A DNA stretch of 62,971 nucleotides, counting the filler, from Rhabdomonas costata (lineage: Eukaryota), in assembly GCA_019059605.1 (NCBI GenBank). It is 51 parts of 51 records of this genome, joined end to end, with 100 filler letters (N's around TTAATTAATTAA, not from the genome) between each part and the next. Parts side by side here need not be neighbours in the genome. Positions count along the whole stretch, not along the records: positions 48,239 to 49,374 come from JAHMHO010026801.1; positions 49,475 to 50,611 come from JAHMHO010026802.1; positions 50,712 to 51,847 come from JAHMHO010026803.1; positions 51,948 to 53,083 come from JAHMHO010026804.1; positions 53,184 to 54,319 come from JAHMHO010026805.1; positions 54,420 to 55,555 come from JAHMHO010026806.1; positions 55,656 to 56,791 come from JAHMHO010026807.1; positions 56,892 to 58,027 come from JAHMHO010026808.1; 43 more parts are not named here. The stretch is one strand, 5' to 3'. The notes below the pieces were generated by a model. That model ran no database searches. It was given only the letters and a program-made list of their open reading frames with translations, and was not told the origin of the DNA. A program made the translations under genes and the position numbers. Of this stretch, positions 49,271-60,240 are shown piece by piece (the stretch's first letter is position 1; each line of letters starts with the position of its first letter).

Positions 49271-50957
49271 CTGCCGTTTTGGAACAGAACGGTGAGAAAA
49301 AGGCAAAGAAGAAGCCAACCAACAGCAGCTCTTTTTGCTTTTTTCCCAATGCAATGGGGTGTTACCTGTGATGCNNNNNNNNNNNNNNNNNNNNNNNNNN
49401 NNNNNNNNNNNNNNNNNNTTAATTAATTAANNNNNNNNNNNNNNNNNNNNNNNNNNNNNNNNNNNNNNNNNNNNGGTGTTGGTGTCGCCCTTTCGGCGTG
49501 CAATGCTGCGGGGCGGTCGCCTCGTCAACTTCGTGTCTGTCTAGCGTGGGAGGCGACCTCTGGTCACCGCGCGGACTCCTTGTGAAACCCCTGTCCAGCA
49601 GGCTCCGGGCACAGCTTTTGACAGCCGGCATCACGACTTAGCTTTCGCTAAGGGGGAGCCGCCTCGATTTACCCCGACTAAGTTGACACCGATCCCAGCA
49701 CGGTGTTGGGGGTTTGACACGTGGAATCGGATGGAATAAGATCCGAAAGAGACAAGCGTTTACACCGGTGGGCGCGGTGTCGGCTGTCGGTGGCGGGTGC
49801 GGGGGCCCGCGCACCGTTTTGGGGGAAAGCCGAAACTTAGGTTGGGGTTGCTGCGCAACTTTGCAAGGTCAGAAAGAGGAAAACGAGGCATTCATTTTAT
49901 TTACACTTGGCATATTCTCGAGGTGTTTGAACGAAATTGCAGTTAATTCAGGTGGGGGTGCACGCCCATGAAACGCATCCACTTTCACGCCACAACAGCT
50001 GCTCATACGATTTCGCTTGGAAGCGGTCGCGCCAAGGGTTGCCCTTTCTTCCTAAGTTGCCCCGAAACCAAACACAAACACCAAAGCTCAGTAACACAAA
50101 CAAACTTAACTACAAAAGATGTGGGTCAAGCTACCTATCAAGTATCAACCGCCGGCATCGCGTCAGAGGACCCCAGCAAAGGGAATGACCATGCCCCACC
50201 GAGGGTGAGGCGAGGGTGAGCACAAGGTGTCAGGGCTCACCTCCCCACACACGTGACTGGCGCAAATTTGGCCCTAAAAGGACCTCTACCCCCACCATAA
50301 ACCACCTTCCCCCTTCCCTCTAGTCCAGTCACCCACATGCAGAGTCACTCACGAGAAGGCCACTCACATCAGTCAGTGGCCAGCTTCTTGGCCCCCAAGC
50401 TCTTCTTCGCGGGCTTCTTCAACTCCATACCTCCTCCACCAGAAGCGGACCGCTCCTTCAGCCCTACAAACACGTGCACACACACACACACACACACACC
50501 TCTGTCAACAAACCACGCTTCACACGAGATAACCCAAGAATTCCGCACAACACAGAACAGCAGGACAGCAGCAACGCTGTGCACGGTGGCTCGGGACTAA
50601 TACAAACAAACNNNNNNNNNNNNNNNNNNNNNNNNNNNNNNNNNNNNNNNNNNNNTTAATTAATTAANNNNNNNNNNNNNNNNNNNNNNNNNNNNNNNNN
50701 NNNNNNNNNNNGGGGGGTTGGGAAGGTATGCACGTGTCCCCTAGAAAAGGGTTCACTGCCGAACGTGTGCACAAAAATTTTATAGATTTTATATTTTATA
50801 CAAAAAGATCCTCTTCTGATTTAATCACTAGAGTGGAAATTGTTTTCTAGTCACCACTAGTAACCATTACCAGACACCAATTTCCACTCTAGTGATTAAA
50901 TCAGAAGAGGATCTTTTTGTATAAAATATAAAATCTATAAAATTTTTGTGCACACGT

Positions 50958-51386
50958 TCAGCAGTGAACCCTTTTCTAGGGGACACGTGCATACCTTCCT
51001 AACCTCCTGCGACATCAAATATCTTGTCCCTGGGGACACGTGCATCGTAAAAAGATTCACTTGAAATGTCCTTCGCGAATGTGCTCCATCAGCGAAAGAA
51101 AGGGGTCCTTGCCATCCAAGTATGCTCTCCACTGGAACTCGTTTGTAGCCCAACAGATATCCGTCCACAACGCCACCCTTGGCCACACAAGCCCAGGCTT
51201 TCCCCTGTACACACTGGGCTTCAGCTGGGAGCCACATTTCGAGCACTTAGAAGGGGGCTCTCGGAGAACCCCATAACCTTTCAGCCACTCTCGTAGCTTT
51301 CTTTCGTCATTGCAGAGGTCCAGGACATCATACAGTGTCAACATGAGCAATAAAAGGAGTTTTAGGGAAAAAAGGTTCACTGCTGA
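50958..51386 (-). mobile_element. Internally deleted Merlin/ISXO2-like element with ~18-bp terminal inverted repeats
   Basis: TCAGCAGTGAACCCTTTT (50958) vs AAAAAGGTTCACTGCTGA (to 51386), 17/18 match; ORF 51344-51057 joins an N-terminal WLKGYGVL...KCSKCG Zn-ribbon to a C-terminal EFQWR...DPFLSLMEHI motif; subterminal GGGGACACGTGCAT occurs twice. Confidence 0.7.
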
Positions 51387-51947
51387 TTATGTTGATTCGC
51401 AGTGGACGGTCTTTCTTTTCAAAAGGTGTTGTGTCTCACCTGGTTCCCCAAGGTTTTCTCGGGACGAGCTAACCGTGTTTTTCATTGTGTACACCCTCCC
51501 TATCCTCGTTGACTTACAGTGACTAAGGCTGTTGCGCCCCTTGCTTCACTGTGGCTGTTGTCCGTTTGAACCTTGAAAAATTGTTTGGCATAGGTAAACT
51601 TATTCGACACACAGGATAGAAGAAGAACTGTGAAACCTCACTGGAAACAGCCGTCCTTGATGATGGAGCTCAAAAAGAGTAAACATTAGGTGCAAAGCCT
51701 GCAGAAAACACAAGAAAACAACCCAAAATGTTGCCTGGGGGGCTCCGCCACCCCAGATCCCCCCCGCACGTGCATGGCGTCCTAACCCCCTGCGAGAAAA
51801 ATACTTATTCGACACACATGATAGAAGAAGAACTGTGAAACCCCACCNNNNNNNNNNNNNNNNNNNNNNNNNNNNNNNNNNNNNNNNNNNNTTAATTAAT
51901 TAANNNNNNNNNNNNNNNNNNNNNNNNNNNNNNNNNNNNNNNNNNNN

Positions 51948-53027
51948 TTGTGGACGAGGCCCTGCCCTCGGGGGAGGTGCGGGTGACCCTCCGAGCGCTT
52001 CTCGATCGCTGCTGCGGCGCCGTCGGGCCGAGCCCCCCTGTCTTCACCAGGCAGCTCTCAGGAATCCTCAACTCAGGTCCAGCCCGCGTCATTACTGTGT
52101 GTTGTGTGCGGATTTAGAGATGATTGGTTTTCCCGGATCCTCGGCAGGGAGGGATCGCTTGAGCTCCCTTTTCACTGCTCAGGAGGATGATTGCGCGTGA
52201 CCACCGGATCTCTCCTGGAGCCAAATTGTTTTAATCATGTTGTTTCCCTTTGTGCCGGGTCGATTAGTTCCCTTGTTGGGTTGGATCTTGCAGTGTGTGG
52301 TTAGGGTCCTCACGTAATCCTCACGCTCCTTTGACAACCAAGAGTGGATGCTAAATGGAGGCAACATGTGGTGGGCTGTGCGAACCTGGGCAGAGCTTGG
52401 CAGTGAACAAACACTACCAGAAGAGTGGCCACGAAACCGATGATCTCCATGGTGGCTGTCAACGCAAGATTTTGTGTAGCAGCGATTTTCAACAGGGGTG
52501 TATTCTGGAAATCGCATATAGAGGGTAGATGTGTGCGCCCAGATAGATGTGTCTACGAATTCGGGTTTTGGATGTGTTTTACGGGGTGGAGCATTGCGCA
52601 CGTTCGGACCCAATGAACAAGCCAACATTATGGGTCAACTAAAATCGGTGACCAAAGTTGGGATGGGCAGGGCGAAGACTCGAGGAGGGGAAAATTGGGC
52701 ATCCTGAAGAGCATCCAAGCAAGCGCGCTAACCAAGCGATAAACATTTTGTGGAGGCGAAGACACATCAAGGAGCACTACTCCCCATATTGGGAATAGGC
52801 TTCACCAACGGGGCCTGCAAATGGTCGGGAAATGCGTTAGCCCCACCCACCTCTTGTCATCTCCTTCAGATCCTGGCCTGCTGCTGACTTCTGTGGAGCT
52901 GCAACATCAGCAGAACCAGCCGCGCCGTTCGTGCTGTGATCCCGACCCTCTGCCTCACTTGCACCGCCTGTTGTGCGACTTCCGCCCCACCACCCTCAAC
53001 TTTGTCTTCCGCGGGGCCAAGGCCACG
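51948..53027 (+). CDS. Hypothetical protein (exons to ~52076 and from ~52870)
   Basis: Two GC3-rich frames joined in phase 1 by a GT-AG intron; no family recognised. Confidence 0.45.
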
Positions 53028-53874
53028 GGTGCGTTGCGCCCTGTCAACCCAAAGTCTCCGTTTTTTTCCCACAACGGTGATTGNNNNNNNNNNNNNNNNN
53101 NNNNNNNNNNNNNNNNNNNNNNNNNNNTTAATTAATTAANNNNNNNNNNNNNNNNNNNNNNNNNNNNNNNNNNNNNNNNNNNNGGGGTGTGTGAGGATGT
53201 GTATGTTTAGGGCAGCGGCCACCACGTAGATGCATGGACCTCTGCTACGGCATGCCCCTGACGGACCATGCCTTCGTGTCAAAGCGTAACCTTCCCTGAG
53301 GATACTGCCTGTGGCTACGCCTGGACGGAGAGAACATGAGCGTGAGCGAATTTTAGCGGAGTGACACTTGTAGAAGAGTGAAGAGGGACCGACCGTGAGG
53401 GAGGGACCGACATGTTGATGCTTGGTCGCATCTTCGCATACGCTCAGATGCTCCACTCTTACCATGGTTCACTCCCCGACTGACGTCGGTACGTTCACTC
53501 GGTCATGATGAGGAACACGAGCATCGCGAGTGACCGAGTGAACGTACATTTTTGGACCTTTGTTGGACATATTCTAGCTGTGAACATATACCTGGTCCCC
53601 AATAGCCTCTTGTGCAATCTCTTTCCTCTTCAGTCACCAATGCCCGCATGTTTGTTGCCACATGTAAAACACATTGAGGTTCTCCCTCATCTCTCTATCT
53701 CGTCTAGAGCGCCATCCCAAATGGAAACCTCAGTGCCCACGCTAATACCGATGCCCGTCAAATGCACACGAGGAATCGGAACGCGCGAGGAATCGGGCTG
53801 CCCACCTGCGATTGTCTGGTTCTCCTTCGGAATGTGTTCCCGTGGTAGTCCCGTCTGGTGGTGTGGTCTTGCAG

Positions 53875-54057
53875 CTTCGTCATGGCGTTGCCCCCACCCC
53901 TATGCACAAGAGAAGGGGTACCCACCTCTCCTCCCCGCGAAGCTCCCGGCACAGCGTGATGGGTGCCGGAGGGCCGGACGCCAGCACCCGCCGCATGGCC
54001 ACTGTGGCCTCGGTTGACCTCACGGGGTTCGAGCAGTTTGCCTCCCATCCTGAGCAG
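53875..54057 (+). CDS. Class III nucleotide cyclase-like exon, paralogue of 11143-12120
   Basis: RRMATVASVDLTGFEQFASHPEQ vs RRMATVASVDLTAFAQFALRPEQ; intron at the same position. Confidence 0.8.
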
Positions 54058-54419
54058 GTGGCTTGCCTCTGCCCATTGTCGTCGCCCCGTATCCGTGAGT
54101 GAGAATTGCACACGGCAGAAGGAATAAACGGGCCAGCAAGCTGAATGTTCTTTCTGTTGATTCCCCCGCCCATGACTGGCTCCACGCCAGTCCTTGCTTC
54201 CGCTCTGTAAGTACTTTCAGCCGCATCCAAAACTGACATGGGTGAATTTCTGTCAACCTTCACACAACCTTGCCTCGCGTTGCCTTCCTGTCGGTCTTCA
54301 CACAACCACACCAAACACCNNNNNNNNNNNNNNNNNNNNNNNNNNNNNNNNNNNNNNNNNNNNTTAATTAATTAANNNNNNNNNNNNNNNNNNNNNNNNN
54401 NNNNNNNNNNNNNNNNNNN

Positions 54420-55387
54420 AGAGGGCTGATGGGTGGCGCCTGTGCAGCAGCGCTGGCTGGCCTGCAGCAGCTCCTGAGGGGGCTTTTGGCCCACCTCGTG
54501 GAGAACCCGGACCAAGTCCGAGGCCAGTTTCTGGTCTTGGGTGGGGTGGAAGAAACTCACCGCCAGTCCTGCCTTGCCAGCACGCCCCGTGCGCCCGATG
54601 CGGTGAACGTACCTTTTTTTAGAGCGGAAACGGGGTACGGGGGGAGTTTCGTCCAAGTTTCCCTAAGGTCCAGCTTCCCAGCTTCGGATCATCTATCCCA
54701 CCCATCACTGACGGGGTAATTCCCCAGCTAAAACCTAAAGTGGAACCCTTCACCAAAACGAAATCTTGCTCTGGGGCAGTGTGCCAAATCACAAAAAAAA
54801 ACCGTTGTCAGGGAAGAAAAAAAGCCGGCACCAAACCAAACTTTGGTTTTCTGGCTTTGCCCCACATCCAGCACAAGCAAACAACAACAGCAGTCTTTCG
54901 CAACCTTTCCATCCCATGTCCTCCCTCTGCCAGCAGCTCACCGCCTCACCCGGACACCAGGAACCAAATATAACACAGGGTTTTAGCAAGGATGGTGAAT
55001 AGTTTTCCTGAGTTGCTCAACTGTTACGACGTGATGACAGAATTTTTATTAAGAATCACAAGAACAATAATATGAAGGCCCATGAGTTTGCTGGACGCCA
55101 ACATACAGCACACCAATACCGGTCCCTTTGCAGACGCTTAACAGGTGATAAAGGGAGCGATGTGCGCTCGCTTGCCTGTCGATGCTGTCCGGGAGGTTGT
55201 AGTTCACCACGCAAGCCAGGTCCTTGATGTCCAGCCCCCGCCCCGCGACATCAGTGGCCACCATAACAGCGTCCTTGGTCTCCCGCAGCCGCTCCAGCGC
55301 CGCCTCGCGATCCTTCTGCGGGATCAACCCATGCAGAGCTTGCACCGACTCGCAAGTTGGGAGAAGAACCTTAACCACCTCCAGGAC
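54420..55387 (-). CDS. DEAD-box RNA helicase C-terminal domain (exons 55387-55176, 54612 onward)
   Basis: LHGLIPQKDRE, VATDVAGRGLDI (motif V), YVHRIGRTGRAG (motif VI); joined by a GC-AG intron. Confidence 0.95.
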
Positions 55388-57228
55388 CTGAGAAAGAGAG
55401 AGAGAGTAAGAGAGCGAAAGCGCTTGAGCAAACTCGTTTTGGGATCGTTTGGTTGATGACATCAAAAATACAAACAGCAAAAGGCACTTGATTTTCAGAA
55501 AAGGTTCTTGACAAGGAGCCCCTCGAGAACTCATAGTTGGCACTTCACCCCACAANNNNNNNNNNNNNNNNNNNNNNNNNNNNNNNNNNNNNNNNNNNNT
55601 TAATTAATTAANNNNNNNNNNNNNNNNNNNNNNNNNNNNNNNNNNNNNNNNNNNNCCGCAGCTGCCGAACCTTGGTCCGATGAGGGGGTGGTGACAGCAA
55701 CGGTTGCTCCCGGTGGGGTTGCGACGGACCTGTCCACAGTCGTCGGTTCAACCTGAGAAATTATGAAAAGAGATTTCCTTTTCCATCGGGGGGGAGGGAG
55801 GGAATCGTTCTTAAGTCCACTTGTAAACTACGCTGCCCCCATATTCCTCCTTCCTCTTTGCGCAGACTCAAGCGCAGGGATGGCAACTTCTGTCCGGATG
55901 GGGTGTGCGAATGGGAAGGCTTTCTATTGGGCTTTCGGCTGACAGTGCTGGGGGCACCAATGAGCAGAGACCCCGCGTGCAGTGGAGCTGTTGTGACCAT
56001 GGGGAAACACAGCAAACGGAACACATTTGCCATGGTGATTACAACCCCAAACTCCTCAAACTGCTTTCTTAAAGGGGTACACGCCACCACCTGCCTGGCT
56101 GATGCCATACATTGTAGCTTGGATACGCACCCCCCACCCCCGTGGCAGGGTACCCGCACACCTGCGGGGGGAGTGCCCTGGTGACACTGGGCTCCCCGGA
56201 GTGGAGCTGTGCCAACTGGTCACGCAGCGCGGCCTCCGCGGTGCGCGCCTGGGCAAGCTCCTCCTACAAGGGAGTCACCGAACTCAAATCCCAAAACAGC
56301 TCACCACTCGCCCCACACCGCCCCCGATTCTGCCTACCCAAAGGATGCGTTGTTACGGAAAGGGGCCTTTAGTACATCTTTGAGCGTCGGAGCCCCAAAA
56401 AACGTTGTTGCTGATGAGAGGCCAGTCGATGCCCTGCGGGAGTCTTGTGGGAAGGAGGGAGGGAGTGTGGGTGCAGGTTCAAGATTGCACCTGAAAAGTA
56501 CTTCGCATCGTCTCTTGTCTTTACCGTAAGAGGGATTGTGAACCAGAAAAATGGCAGGCAACCCTTCAGTATAAAAAGGTTATTACGGAGAGGAGAGAGG
56601 AGTGCATGTGTTCATGGCGACTGTCCACCATGGACGCTCTCCTCAAGTGTGTGCGTGCGTGTGCTTCCTTTGCATCTTTTCCTCGCACAAACATACACCC
56701 ACCCAAACAACAAAACTCAGATCTTCCTAATTCAAAACAACAAAGCCGACCGTTAGGCGGGCGACGGCCCCTCGATGCTCCTCCTCCTTGTNNNNNNNNN
56801 NNNNNNNNNNNNNNNNNNNNNNNNNNNNNNNNNNNTTAATTAATTAANNNNNNNNNNNNNNNNNNNNNNNNNNNNNNNNNNNNNNNNNNNNGTGTTTTTT
56901 TCATCTTTGCCGCTTCACTCTTCAATTCCCCTTTTATGTTTCGGCCGCCCCCTTGCTGCATCAGATTTCACGACGTGGTTTGCTTCTGTGAATAGTTTTC
57001 CCCTTTGCTTCCCCTTGCATTCACGATATCTATCCTTCCCACACACATACACAAAACGTGCTTTGTGCCGCACTTTGGTCAATGCCCTGTCGTTTGCTAA
57101 AGCACACCTTTTCGGTTGCGGGGGGATTTTGGGAGCGAGCATCTATCGGATATCCATTCCTGCAGCGAAGACTAAATACCATCAATGACAATGCCAAAAT
57201 TCCCAAACAACCCGCAAACCTGCGAACC

Positions 57229-57493
57229 CGGTCCAAAGCCTCGCCTTTTCGAGCGGGAGGCTTCCCGGCTTCCCCTGTGACGGCGGCAAAGTCCACGTCG
57301 CCGAGCACCAGCCGCAGAGCGTTGAAGATGCCATGCACTGCAGGGGGGCCCCTGCCGCTGGGTACCGTCCCCGTCCCCGCACCACCGGCCGTGGACTCCA
57401 CAATGTAAGACTCTGTCGCCGCTCGCAGCAGTCCAACTAGTTTCCGCGTGGCCTCCATCTGGAAGCTGTTCAAATCGTTCTGCTCGACTGGTC
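57229..57493 (-). CDS. Hypothetical helical protein exon (weakly THADA/Trm732-like)
   Basis: TTGCAG acceptor; PAVHGIFNALRLVLGDVDF; the family call is weak. Confidence 0.4.
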
Positions 57494-58852
57494 CTGCAAC
57501 GTTCATAAGTTGAGAGGGAATGCAACCTGCCTGCCTTCAACTTGGTGCAACTTAAAAACTGCCTTCAATACAATATATCAAATCCCCTTGTACTCTTTAC
57601 CAATTCCCTAATGGGTCGGAGTCCTCAGATCAGTCCCGCACATTCGCTGGACAAATAAATACCATCAGTGAACTCAGGAAAAACAGTTAGATATGGGCCA
57701 TTGTGAAGCACCTTTTTCACCGAAGCCGCAATTTTTTCCCCGGAGATTCCGTTTTTGCGTTTCTTTTTGACGAGGTGTGGATTTGTGGACTGCAAGCTTT
57801 TAGCCAAGGATACGTAAAGTTCGGATTTGAACCCAGCTATACCCGTGTGCTGTGTGCGTTTCTGTTTAAGTACCTTACTTTGTGCATTTCCACGGTTAAC
57901 AGCGGTTCACTTCGTCGTTTGTATCCTTTTCCTTCACAATAACTGTGGCGAAGAAAAACCGTGTACGCACGTGTGCGTGTAGGTGTGCCTGCCATCACAC
58001 CTTGGCCCACAGCTTCCCCATCTCCCTNNNNNNNNNNNNNNNNNNNNNNNNNNNNNNNNNNNNNNNNNNNNTTAATTAATTAANNNNNNNNNNNNNNNNN
58101 NNNNNNNNNNNNNNNNNNNNNNNNNNNGTGGTTTTTGCAACGGTGTGTAGTGTATGGATGTCCTCTCCACAGCCACCAACCAAAGGGAACTTCTTTTGAA
58201 CCCGAACTGGAGTGATGGTGGCTCTTTCGTCTTACTAAAGCGTGCACGCGAGGAGAGAAAAAAGAACGCAACGGAACTTCGTCAGCTGCACTGTGATAGC
58301 ACTGTAGCCAAGCGTCACGTGCGGCCGGCCGTTTTCTGTACGACACGCCGAGGTCACCTCTTTCCACACCCCACTCAAGGTCACCTCCTCAAGGCGGGTG
58401 CTTCTGTTTCGGGTCCTTCACAGCTTCACAGGAGTCAAACCCCACTGAGGCAAATCCACCACCTGCTTCCTGACTAAATTGTTCCAACTGCCAAAAGTTC
58501 CACTCAAACATGACAAAAGTATAAAAATGAAACGTTGTAGCCAAACCATTATTTACGTTCTAATCCAATATCGATCAGACGTGATTGGGAAGGCAACTCT
58601 GGCTCCACCTCCAAATCAGGACTTCCCCCAGACAACCATGGGGGCCAGCAGGTACCTGGTTGGGGTTACCTGCCTCGGCGCGCCAAAGTCTCATTCAGTG
58701 GCGAAACGTTGAGGAGATGAAAGCTGAGCCTTGGCATTCTTCAGCTGCCCCTTTCCAAACTTTTTGGTAACAACGCTTTCCCTCTCCCTTGCCTTTAAAC
58801 GCCATGCCCCTCATTCGGGCGTTGTTTCCTCACCAACAATCGGATCTTCTCG

Positions 58853-59031
58853 CTAAGGTACGGGGGAGGCACCTGGATTCTCATCGTCTTCGTCCTCCTC
58901 GTCGTCCCCGTCGTGACCGCGCCCCATGAGATGGTCGTCTTGAAACCGCACCGTGGGCCGCAGCGGGCGGTACCCCCCTCGAAGGAAGCGACGTGCTGTC
59001 GTAAGAAGCTCGTCCACCGCCTGCTCAAAGC
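58853..59031 (-). CDS. Hypothetical protein exon with acidic tract
   Basis: AATCAG acceptor; FEQAVDELLTTARRFLRGG...DGDDEEDEDDENP. Confidence 0.5.
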
Positions 59032-60108
59032 TGATTGGAAGGGCGGGGGATTCGAGAAAGTCGTATCGTATTGAGCATGCTGGCCGCAAAGGGACCTGGG
59101 CCCTCACAAGATGTGCGAGTGCAGATCTGCAAGCGCATGTCCGGTTTAAAATCATTCCATCCACAAGCATCACCGCAGGTGTGTCTGTCGGAATGACCGT
59201 AAGGAACATCCACACACATATGCACGCAAACAACACTTGCCCCCCCCCCGCCCAATGCCGCCGNNNNNNNNNNNNNNNNNNNNNNNNNNNNNNNNNNNNN
59301 NNNNNNNTTAATTAATTAANNNNNNNNNNNNNNNNNNNNNNNNNNNNNNNNNNNNNNNNNNNNTTTTTGGTTTACATTTTTGCTGCAGGCATTTTTCTAG
59401 TCATTTTTGGGTTTTTGCTTATTGCGGTGGTTTGACGTGCTTCGTGTTCTATTGTTTCCTTGTGTGGAGGGGGGGGGGGTGCAAAGAGGTGGTCAACAGC
59501 CCCTCCGCCCCGCCGCGGCTGTGGGTGGTGGTGGTGCTTCTGGCCTCCCCGCTGTGCGAGGCCCTGCAGCGGTACACTGGGGTGCACCTCGGCCCGCTTC
59601 GGGTGTGCTACCTGGAAAACCCTGTGAATTTGGCCTCGCACCTAACCCACTACCAGAGTACTGTGAGTTGTTAATTTCTCGTCAGCTTTCTCTTCAATTT
59701 TTGCAATGAAGGCTTCCCCCCGCACCCCGATGTCTGATGTATGTTTGATGTGTGTTTGTGTCTTGATGCGTACCTCCCAAAGATGCGCCCTCCTTGATGT
59801 TTGATTTGTTGCTGCTCTCTTTTCTCCCGTTCTCGTGCTGCTGCTGTCTCGTGGTGATGTTTTTGTGTTACTTTGGGAACGTTTTGATTTCGTAAAGGAA
59901 CTCGTTACGGCAGCAATTGATTGTGGCCAGAAACGCGGACGAAACGCTGGCGAGATGCAATCAAGCATCCCTTGTGTTTGAGTGTGGATTGTGACATCCG
60001 TAAGTAGTGCTGCGCGAGTGCGTGTTTTGAGGTGGTGTGGGCATAAGATTTTGCGGTTTGCATTTTGGAAGAGTGTGGTAACGCCCCTACACATATCCTT
60101 TTTTATAG

Positions 60109-60240
60109 GAAAAGGTCATTGAGCACCTGCAGGAGCTTTTGCCGCACTTTTCAGCGCTGTGGGACTTGCTGGAGATGACCCTGGAGACCTCCCCCTCAGG
60201 AGAAGTCCTGATCAAGCCCTCCTTTGACGAGGAGCTGCAG
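60109..60240 (+). CDS. MSH2: MutS homologue (MSH2-like) exon
   Basis: LQELLPHFSALWDLLEMTLE...EVLIKPSFDEELQ resembles MSH2 FxKFxExxETTLD...EFLxKPSFDxxL; TAG/GT flanks, phase 0. Confidence 0.6.

Noticed and set aside
50721-50999. ~120-bp near-perfect inverted repeat (MITE or hairpin-telomere candidate)
   Set aside because: Starts at the contig edge and copies across a transposon end into its flank, which fits snap-back amplification chimeras.
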